A stretch of DNA of 58,667 nt, counting the filler, from Basidiobolus ranarum (Eukaryota), in NCBI GenBank assembly GCA_040143965.1. It is 4 parts of 4 records of this genome, joined end to end, with 100 filler letters (N's around TTAATTAATTAA, not from the genome) between each part and the next. Parts side by side here need not be neighbours in the genome. Positions count along the whole stretch, not along the records: positions 14,736 to 29,355 come from JASJQH010007294.1; positions 29,456 to 44,048 come from JASJQH010007295.1; 2 more parts are not named here. The stretch is one strand, 5' to 3'. The notes beneath the pieces were generated by a model. The model had not been told where the DNA came from, ran no database searches, and was given only the letters and a program-made list of their open reading frames with translations. A program made the position numbers and the translations under genes. Positions 25,182 to 38,600 of this stretch are shown piece by piece. Every line of letters begins with the position of its first letter. Position 1 is the stretch's first letter.

Positions 25182-27297
25182 TTTGTTGAATGAAATAATT
25201 TGAATAAAAATGTGTACAAGTGGTTGCGCGATAAGGTGTACTGTGTGAAATGAGCAAAAGAAATATGTGACCGGACTAGTATGTTCGAGTTGCTCGTGCA
25301 AAGAGGTGGACAAAATTTGATAGATGTGAGTGTTGGTTTATTACAGAATTTGATATTCTACCCAACATCTGCCTCCCTTATAAATGAAAACGAGGCGGAT
25401 GGACCCGATAAGCGTGATTAGGTAAAGTTGGAGATTACTGCGAGATCATTGGACACTAGACATTTGTCTCGTGTCAAGTGATCCTCTTTTCAGCTAAAAA
25501 AAATGGCAAAGCAGTCAGTATCACAACAGTCTCAAATCTAAGCCAAAGATTTGAGATCCACTGATTGATATTCAGATAATAAGAACCAATGGATACTCCC
25601 GATAGGCAGAATATCGATAACTTCTAAGTTAAATATTGGATCATGCCAAAATGGAACCTACCGCCAATAGTTTTAGCTGGTAAAGGGAGTCTTCTGACCT
25701 GAACCCAATTTGGAGCTTCAGGATTAATTTAGAGCGATTCAGTAGATGTCAAGATACTCTGAGCTTACTATAAACTTCAGCAACATATGATTTGATGTGC
25801 TTCTTTTATTCTAGTGGTGTCCGAATATATATATATATTCCTTAATTAGACAACCAAATCACTCTTTAGAATGTGATTATTGACTGCAACTGGCATGGAC
25901 ATAGGCATGGGGTCGATATCTTTGCCAAGTTAGTACCTATTCAATTTGGCTGCCCTTTTCATCTATGCAGAAACTCATATGATCTCACGCCCTCAGTTTC
26001 CATGTCAAGGGATAAATGAGATTAACCGCCCCAATAGATTTGTTTCTTTATCATGTGGATCACCACAGAAATCTTCTCTAGTAGCTCCAGAGCTGTGGCT
26101 CGATGTTCAAGATAAATGCACAGAATCTTGTGACTTACAGGTGGATGCCGAAGTAAAACCCATGTTTATTTTTTGAGCGCAGCTAAAGGGATTCTAATTC
26201 TTAGAAACGTTATGAACCAAACTAATCTTTGCATCTGTCATCCACGCATACACCAATGCTAATCACCGTGATGGTAACACCCACTGCTAACACCCGCTGG
26301 ATGTATTGAGCCACTTTATGTACCTCAATACTGGATCAAACAAAGCCAGGAATTGAAACTTGTAGGGTAATCATGTGCGTTTCCAAACCTCAGACCCGTG
26401 AGTCCATTATTACACAGATCGACTAAACTGGAGTTTTTTCAAGGCCTAGACTGATCATTGGCTCAGTCCTCTCAAGGTTCCCACCATCCAATATCGATTA
26501 TGTAAAATGCTACCGAAATTTAGAACTACTCCGGAGATTTCTTCAGAACCTGATTTTAATAATGGACCAGTGAAGAGGCATTATTCATTTGTAAAATGGG
26601 TTTCTATGGAACCTAGATATCTTTAACTTGAAAGTCTAGAAATTATGAATTATGCCAATTCAAATTTATATAGCGTTTATATGTCTGCTAACCAAGAAGA
26701 TGGGAGGTTTAAACAACATTTAAGTTTAATTTATCATGGAAAAGATTTTATTCAGTCAGGAATATTCTAACTCTATAAGAAGTTGACACCTTGATTAATT
26801 TTCTCAGATGTTGAGTGACAGTAACCTTATACAACATCCTTCTATAAAGAGCTTGGTTGAGATTATCTAATTCGTAGATATAACTGTTGGCACTAATCTA
26901 AGTGATGCTGAATCACACTCTAGACGAAATATGTGCTCATTACGTACATGAAGAACATACAATCTATCATATAAGTAATTTAAGTGTCCTTGAATTAATA
27001 TGACACGTAACTTTGATAACTTACCGATGAAGTGGTCTAATTGAATTTACAAATTTGCTTTATTAAATATTTGTTATCTATAAACGACTATATATAACCT
27101 TTTCTATACAGGTAGTGGTTTAACTAGAGGTTCTTGAAAGTTGTCATACGAAATTAGAAATCATGAAAGATGTTGTATGAGCGCGAATATTACAGTAGGT
27201 GTAGAGAAATTAATATCATGAATACGCTATACGATTTAAGAAGACTACCAGAGTCATACGAAGAAATACACACGGGAGCGGTGATCGAGTCTCGCTA

Positions 27298-27750
27298 TTA
27301 GACATCGATTTCAACAAACTTGGACGAGTTCATTGTATAGGTTCCCGGTTCTTTCGTAATCATTTTGGCTCCTTCCGATTCAGATTCCATTTCGCTTTCA
27401 CTGTCACTTGAGATGGAGGTTTTCGAGAATTTCTCTGCTAACCAAGCTCTGTCAACTTGACAGATTTCCGCTGGAAAATTCCCCAACTCTTTCATAGGAT
27501 CGTTTTCTAAGAAACCAACGAAATGGTCGTTGGCTTTTTCCACAACACATATACGGGCACCTTTGTTAAATATAAGCGGATGGTCGGTTGTGTTAAGTCC
27601 AGTAAAGTCCTCCGTAGCTATCACACAACTGATAACTCTACTGGAAAAGGCATTGATGGATTTCGTGTTCACCTTCTCCGACTGAACAGAACATTCGGGG
27701 ACTCTGGTGTAAGAGTTTTTGGATAAACAGCAGGCAAAGACTTGGAACAT
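27298..27750 (-). CDS. Small protein with a divergent SH3 domain, ~150 aa
   Basis: VIATEDFTG...LIFNKGARICVVEK...HFVG...GNFPAEIC matches the SH3 pattern; N-terminal Cys-Cys; acidic Ser-rich tail. Confidence 0.6.
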   Translation of the reverse strand: MFQVFACCLSKNSYTRVPECSVQSEKVNTKSINAFSSRVISCVIATEDFTGLNTTDHPLIFNKGARICVVEKANDHFVGFLENDPMKELGNFPAEICQVDRAWLAEKFSKTSISSDSESEMESESEGAKMITKEPGTYTMNSSKFVEIDV

Positions 27751-29355
27751 CGTAATATTCGAACGACTAGAGGCAATAATAAATCTACTAAAAGTGAAGG
27801 TTGCTGTTATATATAAGATTCGGTGTAACCAATATTCCAATATAGGTATTTCCATTTCCGATTAAATTGTTCAAGAATAAATATCTTAAAATGACCACCA
27901 ATCATGTATCGTAAGAAATCATGGACCCGGCCTTATACTCATTGTTCTAAAAGAATTACCCAATGTGGTGCTTGCTACCGACTACTGAGCAGATGACCAT
28001 TGGATGGACACAAAATAATCTTAATGATGAGAGAGATGGCGTAAATAATATTCATGGATTACTTCACTATATCTGTACTTTCACTCTCACCCGCACCCGC
28101 ACACCCATGCCTATACCCCCAATACCCGCTACCCCATATCGAGACTTACTGCATTTAGCTGGGTTGATCCTGATCATGGTAGCAGTGATGATATAGGTCA
28201 GCTGAATTGTTAGCTAAGGGCTTCATAATCAACGCTAGATCATTCGTCATGAAACGGCAACTACGAGGCTGTTGGCTGCTGGTTACAGAGAGCCAAATTA
28301 AACTATAATAAAGTGATTTGAAACCGTCATATAGCATAAATCGATGTATCACACTGATAATGTGCTAATTTGAGAAATGTGATTCCTGAATACCATTGTT
28401 CGTTCTGGAACATCATTGTGTGCATGGTCTTACACATGTCATGTCGCTGGCCACCGATTCTTAGACAACTATAGATATAAATATAGTCGAATCCCACGCT
28501 AGCCGAAAATGAGATAGATGGTAATGATTTGTGCATCAAGATTTTTACTTTTGCAACAAGTTTCAACTCGCATGTGATTTGATTAAAAGATATGCGAATA
28601 CGTGAATATAAATCATAGTTCGATCGGAGTAAGGTTAAAACCATTCGTTCTTTTTTCTGGTCCATTCTGGAATTCACTTTTCCAAAATAGAATTCGAGGA
28701 TTTGGATTTCTAGATAATGTACGATTTCATGTTATAGAACAAGTCCAAAAATTCGATAGGGCGGCGAAAAGGCGATTGAGCAGGATGGTGCATTGCTGTT
28801 GTAAGAATTCGAATCTCCCCACAATGTACATGGAACAAATTGCGTTTCAACTGTATTCTTTCAGTCTTAAACCACAGGTTTATCCCTGACTACAAGTCTT
28901 CAACAATCGTCATTGAACAATGGTCGTTCCGGACTTGAAACTAATAGCATCTCGTATTTGATCCAAGCCTCCTCTTATCCGATATTTCGTATATGAAATT
29001 GTCCATATAGAGCGTAAAGCACTGATCTTCTTCTGATAGGATACATTATTGAGCTATGGAGTGAAGAACCTTTTGGAACTTGTCAAGAGGCCACTTTCCT
29101 AAAGTCACGTATCTTTCTCGACTTAATCATCGATAGATTCTGTGGTAGAATTTCTATATGGGTAAGTTATAAATAAGTTACGTTCCTTAGGATAGCTTAT
29201 CATCAGAGCTAAGCACTGAATGATTACTTACATTTGATTGGGGTTTTTATGGTAATTCCTTATTCATAGAATGTTAAACTAGGATATTTCTATAAGTCGA
29301 TGCAAGAGGTTATCCAAGTTTTCATAGATTACACCTCTATTTAGACACTAAGTAT

Positions 29356-29455
29356 NNNNNNNNNNNNNNNNNNNNNNNNNNNNNNNNNNNNNNNNNNNNT
29401 TAATTAATTAANNNNNNNNNNNNNNNNNNNNNNNNNNNNNNNNNNNNNNNNNNNN
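29356..29455. other. Artificial contig-joining linker N44-TTAATTAATTAA-N44
   Basis: Identical to the other two linkers. Confidence 0.98.
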
Positions 29456-29474
29456 TCCACACATCTAGGTATTA

Positions 29475-32423
29475 TCAAGACCAGGAGGCGTGACTGTTAT
29501 ACCTTGGCCGAATTTTCTCATCGATCCTTAGATGGATCATCTTTTCAATTACAGTATGATCAAGTTCTTCATGTCTTTGGTCTTCTAAGGTTAAAGACGA
29601 GGTCGATAGGGGCGAGGACACATACGAAGGCGGGGGTGTTTCCATATTGATGCTGTTGCTAGCATTGGTAGAAGTGCTATTGCGTGGTTGATAGCTATGA
29701 GTGCTCGCGTTGCTATCTCTGCGACCCCTTTGAGCTTCTTCATCTGTCTGATTAATTTTGGTACTTTCTTCATCCAAAGCGCGCTTAAGACAATCAACAT
29801 AAGTTTGATATTTAATCAATTCTCTTAGGATATATTGGGACTTTTTCTCATAATTCGAGAAGGCTTTGATCATATTGGAAGATTTCGGAGAAAACTAGGG
29901 AGTAATTTTTAAAATATCAGCAAGTTCCTTTGGTTGATTGGCTTATAATTGGTACTTACCCGAGCTTCTAGGACTTCGCGCAGTTTCATATGATGGTCCA
30001 ATTCACTTTCAAGACTTTTGACGTGTTTGGACAGATTCTCGTGCTGTTGGTACTGTATTCAGGATATAAATCAAGAGTTGGTGGAATGTTAATGATTCTA
30101 TCAATCAACTGACCTTGTTCAACGGTGATTTTACCATAGGATTAGCAGGCTCAACCCAATCGTGCAACACAGCATTCGAATCGTATCCAGGTGGTAATGG
30201 GGCACTGCAAGTTTTGTGCAAGGTAGATTGTTGCTCTCCAGCTTTCCTCCACCCATAATCCAGATTTGAAACACCTCCAGAAAGTGGTTCTTTACTCTCA
30301 CAGGCTGCCCAGTAGTTACATACAAACACCCATTCTTGAATTTTCTCTGCGGTACTAGCTTGAAATAAATATACTCCGCCATTAGGTAATTGCAGAGCAA
30401 AGACGTGAGGTCTAGCTGATGAATGTCCTGGTGGCGGAAGGGCAGAAGACAAAGTATGACGCAAGGAAACTTGTCCCATTTGAGAGGCCCAGTCCTAAAA
30501 TTTTCAAGTGTTCAGATATGTGAATGAATGATGAGCATGATTGTAGTGCGGTAATTACCTCCGAAAACTCGGCTCCTAATTTTCCACGATCAGCCTTATA
30601 CATCCTAAAGTCCCCTTTATCGACAACAACAAAGCAATCCTTCCATTGTCTGTTCGAAGCCTTTTTATTGCTCCTTTCGTAGAGGTGCTTTCTGGTTACC
30701 ATACCTAGCTTAGTGTACTGGATATCATCGTTGGTAATAGATAGAGTCACCGCATTTACTCCTCTGTCGACTGGTGAAGAAGATCTTGAGGATTTTGAGA
30801 AGGACGAGGTGCTTGGTAATTGGAGTGAGCTTCGTCCAAACTCTCGATTCATCTATATGTAAAATAGATCAATAATACATCCTATTACCACATCAAATCA
30901 CAATTCACTTACATCGAACGGGGATGAAGAGCGAGATCCTGGTCGACTTTGTGCCCGTCTCAGAGCACTGGATGATGAAGACCTTTGGAATCCAAAGCCA
31001 CCAAAGGTTCCAACAAACGAAGAAGATCTTCGTCTACTCGATGTACGATCATTGGGCTGTGGTATTTGATTATGTTTGACTGATGTGTACATTTCCTAAA
31101 AATATATATGAGTTAGATAACTCATTTGTAACAAGTAGATATTCTGCACCCACTTTCAACAAGTCAACCAAATCATCCTCACAAGTGCTACCTCGACTTG
31201 CTCTACTACTAATGCTAGCATGATCACTCTGAGTACTTCCAATCGAGGAGTGCATCGTTCCATTCTCCTCGTCTAAGTAATGACATGCCCTAATGGTCGC
31301 CAATGTATTTTTTACGAACTCGCTTTTACTAATTTTATGGTTTGATTGTGCAACATGGAGGTCGGTATTGAGTAGAAGTATCGAATAGATAATCGTATAA
31401 ATTGTATCTAGATTGATAAAAGCAAAAGAATTAATCATCTGTATCAGTGAGAACATATCTAACATATAGTGGCGTACCGCGATCAGATAATACCCCTCCC
31501 TTATTACATTCCCAATATCTTCTAGAAAATTCATTAAGAATTCGATCGATGATCTGCGCCTCACCGCGAAGGAATAAACAAGAGCAAAAGAATCTTGGTT
31601 CTCAAAAGTTAAGAAAAGTTTAAAGGAAAACCATCCAAATGAAGACATACCTGAATGCATTTTCGAGTCTCATTCCAGTGAAATCAAAATGATCCATATA
31701 CTTTCTCAACACCAGCAAATTCAGTTTACCACTAGAAAGTTTATGGTTAGAAGGGATCCCATATAATCTCATTAAAAATTCTGCTACTAACCGTTTGCCA
31801 AGAAACTCGGCTATTTCTTCTCGCTTCATAAATTCATCCTCTTCATATAACCTCTGAGCTGTTAAAGTGGCTTCATCCAGTAGCTTCAGCTCTTCCTCGT
31901 CTAAACCAGTTTCCGGTAAGCTAACCGTTTCCGCTTCAGGGATATTTTGAGCGTCACCACACTCGTCCATAATGGTTATCGCAGGTTGACTCATAGCACG
32001 CGAGTTATCCCTCTCAGGTACAGTTTTTAATATTGGGAAATTTGTCAAATAAGATAATAAACTTTTACGGCGTGGACGTCGAGCAACACTACTTTGGTTA
32101 AGGAACGAGCTTGGATCGGTGGCGATTTGGTTGGCAATTGAAAAATCACTGGTAGTCGGGGAGGTTACGTACGAATTAGTTTGTATCGCTGGCCCTAACA
32201 TGTAGTGAGGAAATTGGCTCGCGCGATCGTGATTAGCTTTAGTGGTGTTTTCTGTGACTGAAGGCTGGGAACTGGAGGTTCCAGTCAACTCTGCAGCTGC
32301 AGGTTCTTTGTTATGTGCTGTAGAAATTGACCCGAAGTAGGAGGTTAAAGTCGTAGTAGAAATGGAAGGTAAAATATCCAATATAAAAAAAGAGAAAAGG
32401 GTCAGTAAGTTTGGTAGGTTCAT
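29475..32423 (-). CDS. Sec7 + PH domain ARF GEF (EFA6/PSD/Syt1/Yel1-like), at least 8 exons; start codon uncertain
   Basis: Spliced Sec7: EIAEFLGK, YMDHFDFTGMRLENAFR, LRGEAQIIDRILNEFSRRYWECN, YSILLLNTDLH. PH: KLGMVTRKH...RQWKDCFVVV...RPHVFALQLPNGGVYLFQA...EWV..CNYWAA. C-terminal coiled coil. Confidence 0.85.
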
Positions 32424-34960
32424 CACAGTCAAGACAAAATATGCTCAGTACGTTCTGATGTGTCAAGCGAGTCCATGACAAGATAGGGAGCTGAAAGCAA
32501 GTGGAGAGATTCAGGAAGGTGTGGGTGAGCAACTTGCTAACTACAACTGTCACCTTATTTGGACATTAAAAGCTTTATGTGAACTCAATTACCCTGAAAG
32601 GTTTATAAAGAATCTGTAGGATTACTGGATGACAGATGTAATACGACTAGAATTAAAGGAATTATATCAGGATCTGTATATTTATCTAAGAGATAGATGG
32701 TAATTCAGTCAGATAATATGATCCAATTAGAGGACGCGAATTATCAGCCAGAAAAGGATGCTAGTACAGAGCGAGTAGGATATGAAGATAGAATAACATC
32801 AAAGATTATACTCCAAACTCAACTTTGCAAGGTAACCAGGGAAATTCTGGAAATATATTAGAAACAGTCCATACCTTATGAGTAAAGATGGTTTAGGTAA
32901 ACGGGCACAGGTTCTGGAACAATAAGGCTACGACCAGCGTAAGTCAACTAAACAAAATCTGCGTACTTTAAGGCAAACAACTGAATCAAAAATTGCGCGT
33001 AAAAAGTGAGATGTGAGAGAAACTGAGGCCTGAGACAAAAAGTGGATGGAATAGAAGTCCAAGCCACTACTTATAGGCAAACGCTATTGAACAGGGGTTC
33101 TACAAAAGTCAGGAGTTAATTTAATTAGTGGGTTCAAGAATTGATTGACGCACATCATCATTCAATCTGACAAACCACTAGTACTACCAAAGGACAGCTA
33201 CTACTGTAATCCCCATCGAAACCTAGTCGAGGGAGATGCATGAGGACCGTATGTTGTGCTAAGGATGGACATTCTTAGGCGTTGCTAGAAGGCAAGGCGA
33301 GGTTTTAGCTTACAGGTTAGGTATGGAAGGGTTTGGAGTAGTGAAGATTGAAATGAGATGCACCAATGCATTACATATCTAAGATATGCATGCCCGATAA
33401 GGAGATATCGTTTTGGCATGTTAAACATCTCCTTTCAGTCCCATTTAAAATAGAATTAATCAAACAAACAATGATACATATCAGGTAAATACAGATAGAT
33501 GTGGTACTGGCAATATAAGTATTGCAGCTCTATGATCAACAAGAGAGATAGGGTAGGTCGTACGCGCACGTAGTAACATCCACAATCACGAGAGGGATTG
33601 GCGACCCATGCAGGATGCGAGTAGGATCCAACCATTCTATTCGTGTGTGATGCATTAGTTACATCTCTTGCTGTCCCATGTTGGTAGTGGTTTACTCCAA
33701 AATGACATCAAGAAAGCCGTATTCCTCTACCGCACAATAAAATTTCTTTATAGTGTACAGTTCAAAACACACACCCTTAAAGAAACCCTACAGAGCGTCT
33801 TGCCTATTTCAGATTGGTACTACATCACGATTATGCCTGGGCCCAGTTATAAAGTCATGCCAGATTCTGTTGAAGATAGAAAATGGACACGAGTGGTTCT
33901 GCAACCAGCTTTGGTAAAGGGCACTGGTAGTGCGAGCAGCCATAATGTTTCATGGCGTGGAATGGTGATTAAAACCAGATAGGTGACTTCTCAAGTCTTG
34001 GTTAATATTGATGCTTCATTCTAATCAAACCCCATCAATCCAGGTGATACTAAAATTAAAACATCAATGAGGTCGTGTCATAGGATTTGAGACTGGATTA
34101 GTGTGTTTTGGCCAATTAATATCTACATTCACCAACGATATCCAAATGAAATACCTCACCTCGAGAAAGTGCAATGAATGAAGATATAAATTTCAAGATT
34201 TGTAAACTCATTAGTAGCCCATTGACAAGACTCCATGAAACCTTATTTGTGTCAGAAGATTTGTGCAGCCTTGCGGCTGAGAATATCATTCGTTTACCTT
34301 ATAGGGGCTCTATTGTAGGACAACTAATATAAATTGTGAGTCTAGTAAAAAGGGTAAACAGGATTTGGCTACAAGCTGGGGAAGCAACAATTCTTTAGAC
34401 TGCTCTGTGTGAAAAGAAACCCTAACATATTCTTACGATTTTGGTATCACAAATATATATATCCACATCCTCTTAGTCAAAGGTTGAATCTCAATATAGC
34501 CTTTGACGCGCACATGCTCAGTCAAGTTCAGAAGTTTTACAAGTTCAATGGAATCACCCTGGGTTTACAGTTACTACGGTCCCTGATACCATCTACTATA
34601 GCAAAAGTGTAATAGTAATGAGCTTGTTTCCTGTTGTATTGTGTTGAAAACAGCATCTTAAGCACATATCTAGAGTACTTTGAGTATAATCCAATGACCA
34701 GCCAGTCATGAAGTCTCAACAGTTTCTTACCTATGGGATATTGACATTATGGCATGCCTTTCTATAAGAAAACTCCACTTGATCCAAGTGGAAAAAGCTG
34801 CCTACAATCAAATAATGATTCAACTTGCCATCTGCACTTTCAGTTGATGATACAACTATTTAGCTAGGCTTGGATACTCTTCATAGGGTTATATGAGATA
34901 ATTACAATGTCTAACTCTCCCCATATTTATTTCAACCTAATTTCTATTGGCTCTTTGAGC

Positions 34961-35605
34961 ATTATCTTAGTATTAGTTATCCTATATCTCACTAAGATAT
35001 CACCCACTATTCCTCAGTTGGAATTTACTTAAAATATTGATACCAACTTGGAAGTTCTCAGAGGTGTGGATTTTTCAAAGAAGCCCCAAACTTTGCACAT
35101 ATTCCTGGGACCTTCTTTAACACATTCTAAACGTTTGTCTGTTTACCTCTTGACAAAACTATAAATATCAACTGAATACTCAATAAGTGAAAACTATTGA
35201 AGTATTTTGGAGCCTGTAGGAAGTGGTTTGTAGAATTGGAGGAATTGGTGGTTTTTAATTGTTGATTTATTGAGTAGAAAGTTGACATTTATACTTTTAT
35301 CAAGATGTAAACAAAATAACATAAAATATGTGTTAAGGAAAATTCCAGAAAACATGTGTGCAAAATTTGGGGCTTCTAGCATAAGTTTGAAAAATCTATA
35401 TATATGAGAATTTCTAAGTTGGTAAAAATATTCTAAGTAAATTCCGATTGCGAATAATGGGTAATATCTTAGTTCAATATAGGATAACTAAATACTAAGC
35501 TATATATGACTATATAGGTGTTTAGGCAATACTAATTTCAACAAAAACCACCAATTTCTCAAGTTCTCCAAATCACTTCCAACAGGCTCCCAAAATACTT
35601 CAACA
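34961..35605 (-). mobile_element. Older, truncated solo-LTR-like copy in opposite orientation, interrupted by the 35195-35543 insertion
   Basis: 35549-35605 is the reverse complement of the element start (ends CTTCAACA). 34961-35189 continues the reverse-complement alignment on the other side of the insertion. Confidence 0.75.
35195..35543 (+). mobile_element. Solo-LTR-like element (349 bp) with perfect 5-bp TSD AAAAC
   Basis: Termini TATTGAA (variant of TGTTGAA)...TTCAACA; AAAAC at 35190-35194 and 35544-35548; homologous to 18191-18530. Confidence 0.8.
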
Positions 35606-38600
35606 ATTGACAGTATAGAAAATATATAGAATAGAACTGCTCAAATTAATAGTATAATACTTGCAGTTAATAGGAACTATAAAGTGAATTTCCTCTCATA
35701 TATCCTAGGCTCTAGATAAGCAAATGGGGACTTAGGGATTGGCATACAGCAGTTATTACTGTTCGTGCTGAACCCACAGTCAATTTTTGATAGTTTTCAG
35801 CCTTATTATATCACACATAAATACATCTTGGCCTACTCTTTTAACGCTACCAACATTCTCCTATTAGACAAAGACCAGGGTGACTAAAACTTAGCAACTA
35901 GACAAATGGGTTGATATTATTCTGAACTCGAATATATATTAGGTATTGACTATTTGAAGTGTAAGAAATTGTAATTGTGTTTGAGTAGTGTCTAGGATTG
36001 TTAAGATATATAAATAAGGTTTCTCACCGATCCAATACACATCGAACTCTGAGCTCATATCGGCAAACACCTTTAGAGTATTTGATAGATAACTATCTGT
36101 GGTCTCGCATACAATGGTCGATGCCTTTTCATTTGGCGTAAAACATCGCTTGTGGGCTTTACATATCAGCCTATCTGAATCAAAGTAGCACCTTCCAAAT
36201 ATCTTCTAGGCTCCGGGCCAAGTAAACAACTGGCTTCAAACCTTGCTGATAGGATGAAATATGGAAATGTAGTGTAGAGCTAGATATAAGTAAGAGTAGG
36301 TTTTGAATTTATATTGTATTAATAGTACCACAGCGAAATCTTAAGTATACTGCTACCACCTAGTTACCAGTATAGTTCCAGTGTCAGCATTAGTGAAGGT
36401 TCTGCATTAAAAGAAATACCCAGAGCTTCAGTATGGTTCACTACAGGCACCTGATAGGCCATTTATCATCGTAATCCTATTACTTATTTGGGTGACGGTA
36501 GCAAGTATGTTCTCGTCATAGTGGAATTATATAGTCAATCTGTACTATATGGTAATATCCAGAATGAAGATTTCAAGACAACTCTAGCATCAATATGATT
36601 ATTTTATCATTTGCACTTATCGGCTTAGCAGATTAATTCAAGTGAGAAGACAATTGACTGGGCTTCAACGATCTAGTCCAGTGGATGACTATAATGTGAT
36701 CAGTAGGATATGTCAAATAGTTCACTAACATGCAATAATAGAGAAACAGTCGGTGAGTGGGAAGCTACGGCTCGTTCTAAAATAAATCAGGTACATTTAT
36801 GCTAATAATGATGCTCCATGCGTTAAAGTTGGAATGAAAGTCATAGAATTGAGCAGGTTTCAAATGACAGTAAGATAGCATGAACCGCCGATCAAATGAT
36901 AAGTATTGCTGACATATGCGAGCATCGAAGTTGACCATATCCACCAAGGAAAATGGAGATAAGAATTCTTTTAACCAGAACATCCCTTAGGATATAAGTG
37001 ATAAAGGTCTCACCGAAATCCGAATACATAACAACACTTACCATTGATCCGTCAAGAGAAGGAATCCAAGGTTGAGTGCTACGCAACGCTTGGTGAATGG
37101 TAGACACTTGACTATACTTGGTTATATTCATTAACAGGTTAATTTGATAGGATCTTTGAATTGGCATTCTCTATTCTGACATATCTTGATCGCATGGAGC
37201 GTTTACCAAATGTGCTGCTGAGAGACATGGCAAGTGGAGGAGCCAATTGAAACGGATCTACGAATTAATCGATTAATAGCGTGGATTTGGTAAATGAAAT
37301 GGACTATGTGCTAGTGGAGTTCTTGAATTGCAACATATATTATCAGGTTGCAGCGGATCTGATCTGATCTCATCTGAATCTCTGTTTTCATGCCTAGCTG
37401 TTGATCTTCGATTATCTGAAGATGCGACACAATGCCAAGATCAAGATACGGACTTGCTTAAGTGATTTGATAAAGCTATCGAGAAGTGGGGATGGATCAT
37501 GCTAGTCTTACTTAACATAGTTTAGACTACATCAGCAATACAGGGATCACGCAATAGAGCATTGTGTTTACCATGGCTGTTTAAAAGAGTTCATGTACAT
37601 AGTAGATCAGCTTATTAACAAATATGGTACTGATGGTTGTCCGATTTGATGATGATGATAGGCCATTCCATTACCCAGTAGGTGTTCTAGCACTATCGTC
37701 ATACTCGTATTGCTGCAATATGGCATGATCTAAAAACATGTGCTAATGTGTCAACAACGATTGAGTTGATTGCAAATGGCCAAATCTCTAAGTGGCCAAG
37801 TCGCATTTACATCCAGGTTGATTAATACACTTGCCGATTTTGAAAACAAACAAGGTTGTTTAGATTGGATAGATGCTTGCTCCCTTACGTCTGGTCTAGC
37901 AGATGATATTCACCTCGGCTGTAGATGGTTCCCTACTCATTCATTGTATCCGGGATTATCTTTTGTCAGTTGGCATTGGATGTGAACTAAGTATCCGGCT
38001 ATAAGAAGTGTGGCCCTTGAGTTTAGCTAGCAATCAAATGACAGTCTTCTCCAAATCCTCTAACTTGCCTCTTCATATAATTGATGCCACTCCTTATTGC
38101 GCTTCTCGATCTGATTGACTCCATGGATGAGTTCAAGTTTCTTCCTGTAGTCATGGTACTATTTCAAATATAACTGAAAAAGGAATATAACCTCTTGGTA
38201 TTGATCTTAAATCGCCTTCCATAATTATGTAGATTAAGGATTGACTGCACTTCACTCCTAGAACATAACATAGCGTATGAGTGAGTTGCGATGGGTGGTT
38301 AGTGCCTTTAGATGGCTCAATGAAATTAACCAATACTGCCAAATGCATAACAGCCGCTTCGTAGGTGAAACTTCACGCATTTGGGGACAGTTATTGATGA
38401 TTCACTCACCAAATGGGTAGAAAACCTTAATTTAACTTGAAATGCATCTTGTTAACTTATTACTCGCCACCCTAAAATGTACTGACGAACTTGGATGCTA
38501 ACAAGTGGTGGTTTTCATCAGGGCGGTGATTTCATTGACTCTACCAAGCCTGAGGCAGCATTACAAATATCCATGATATGAACACTTCGTGACTGTGCAC

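Noticed and set aside
25182..25313. Longer N-terminus of the cyclin ORF in the ORF track
   Set aside because: Begins at a non-ATG codon and looks like an AT-rich 5' UTR; ATG 25181 is more plausible.
1813..32423. Cluster of two Sec7 GEFs (plus CDC42, arrestin, SH3) as a trafficking or polarity gene cluster
   Set aside because: The genes lie on different concatenated contigs, so there is no evidence of linkage.
36020..36250. Minus-strand peptide GLKPVVYLAR resembling gypsy RNase H
   Set aside because: Too short, and flanking RT/RNase H motifs are absent.
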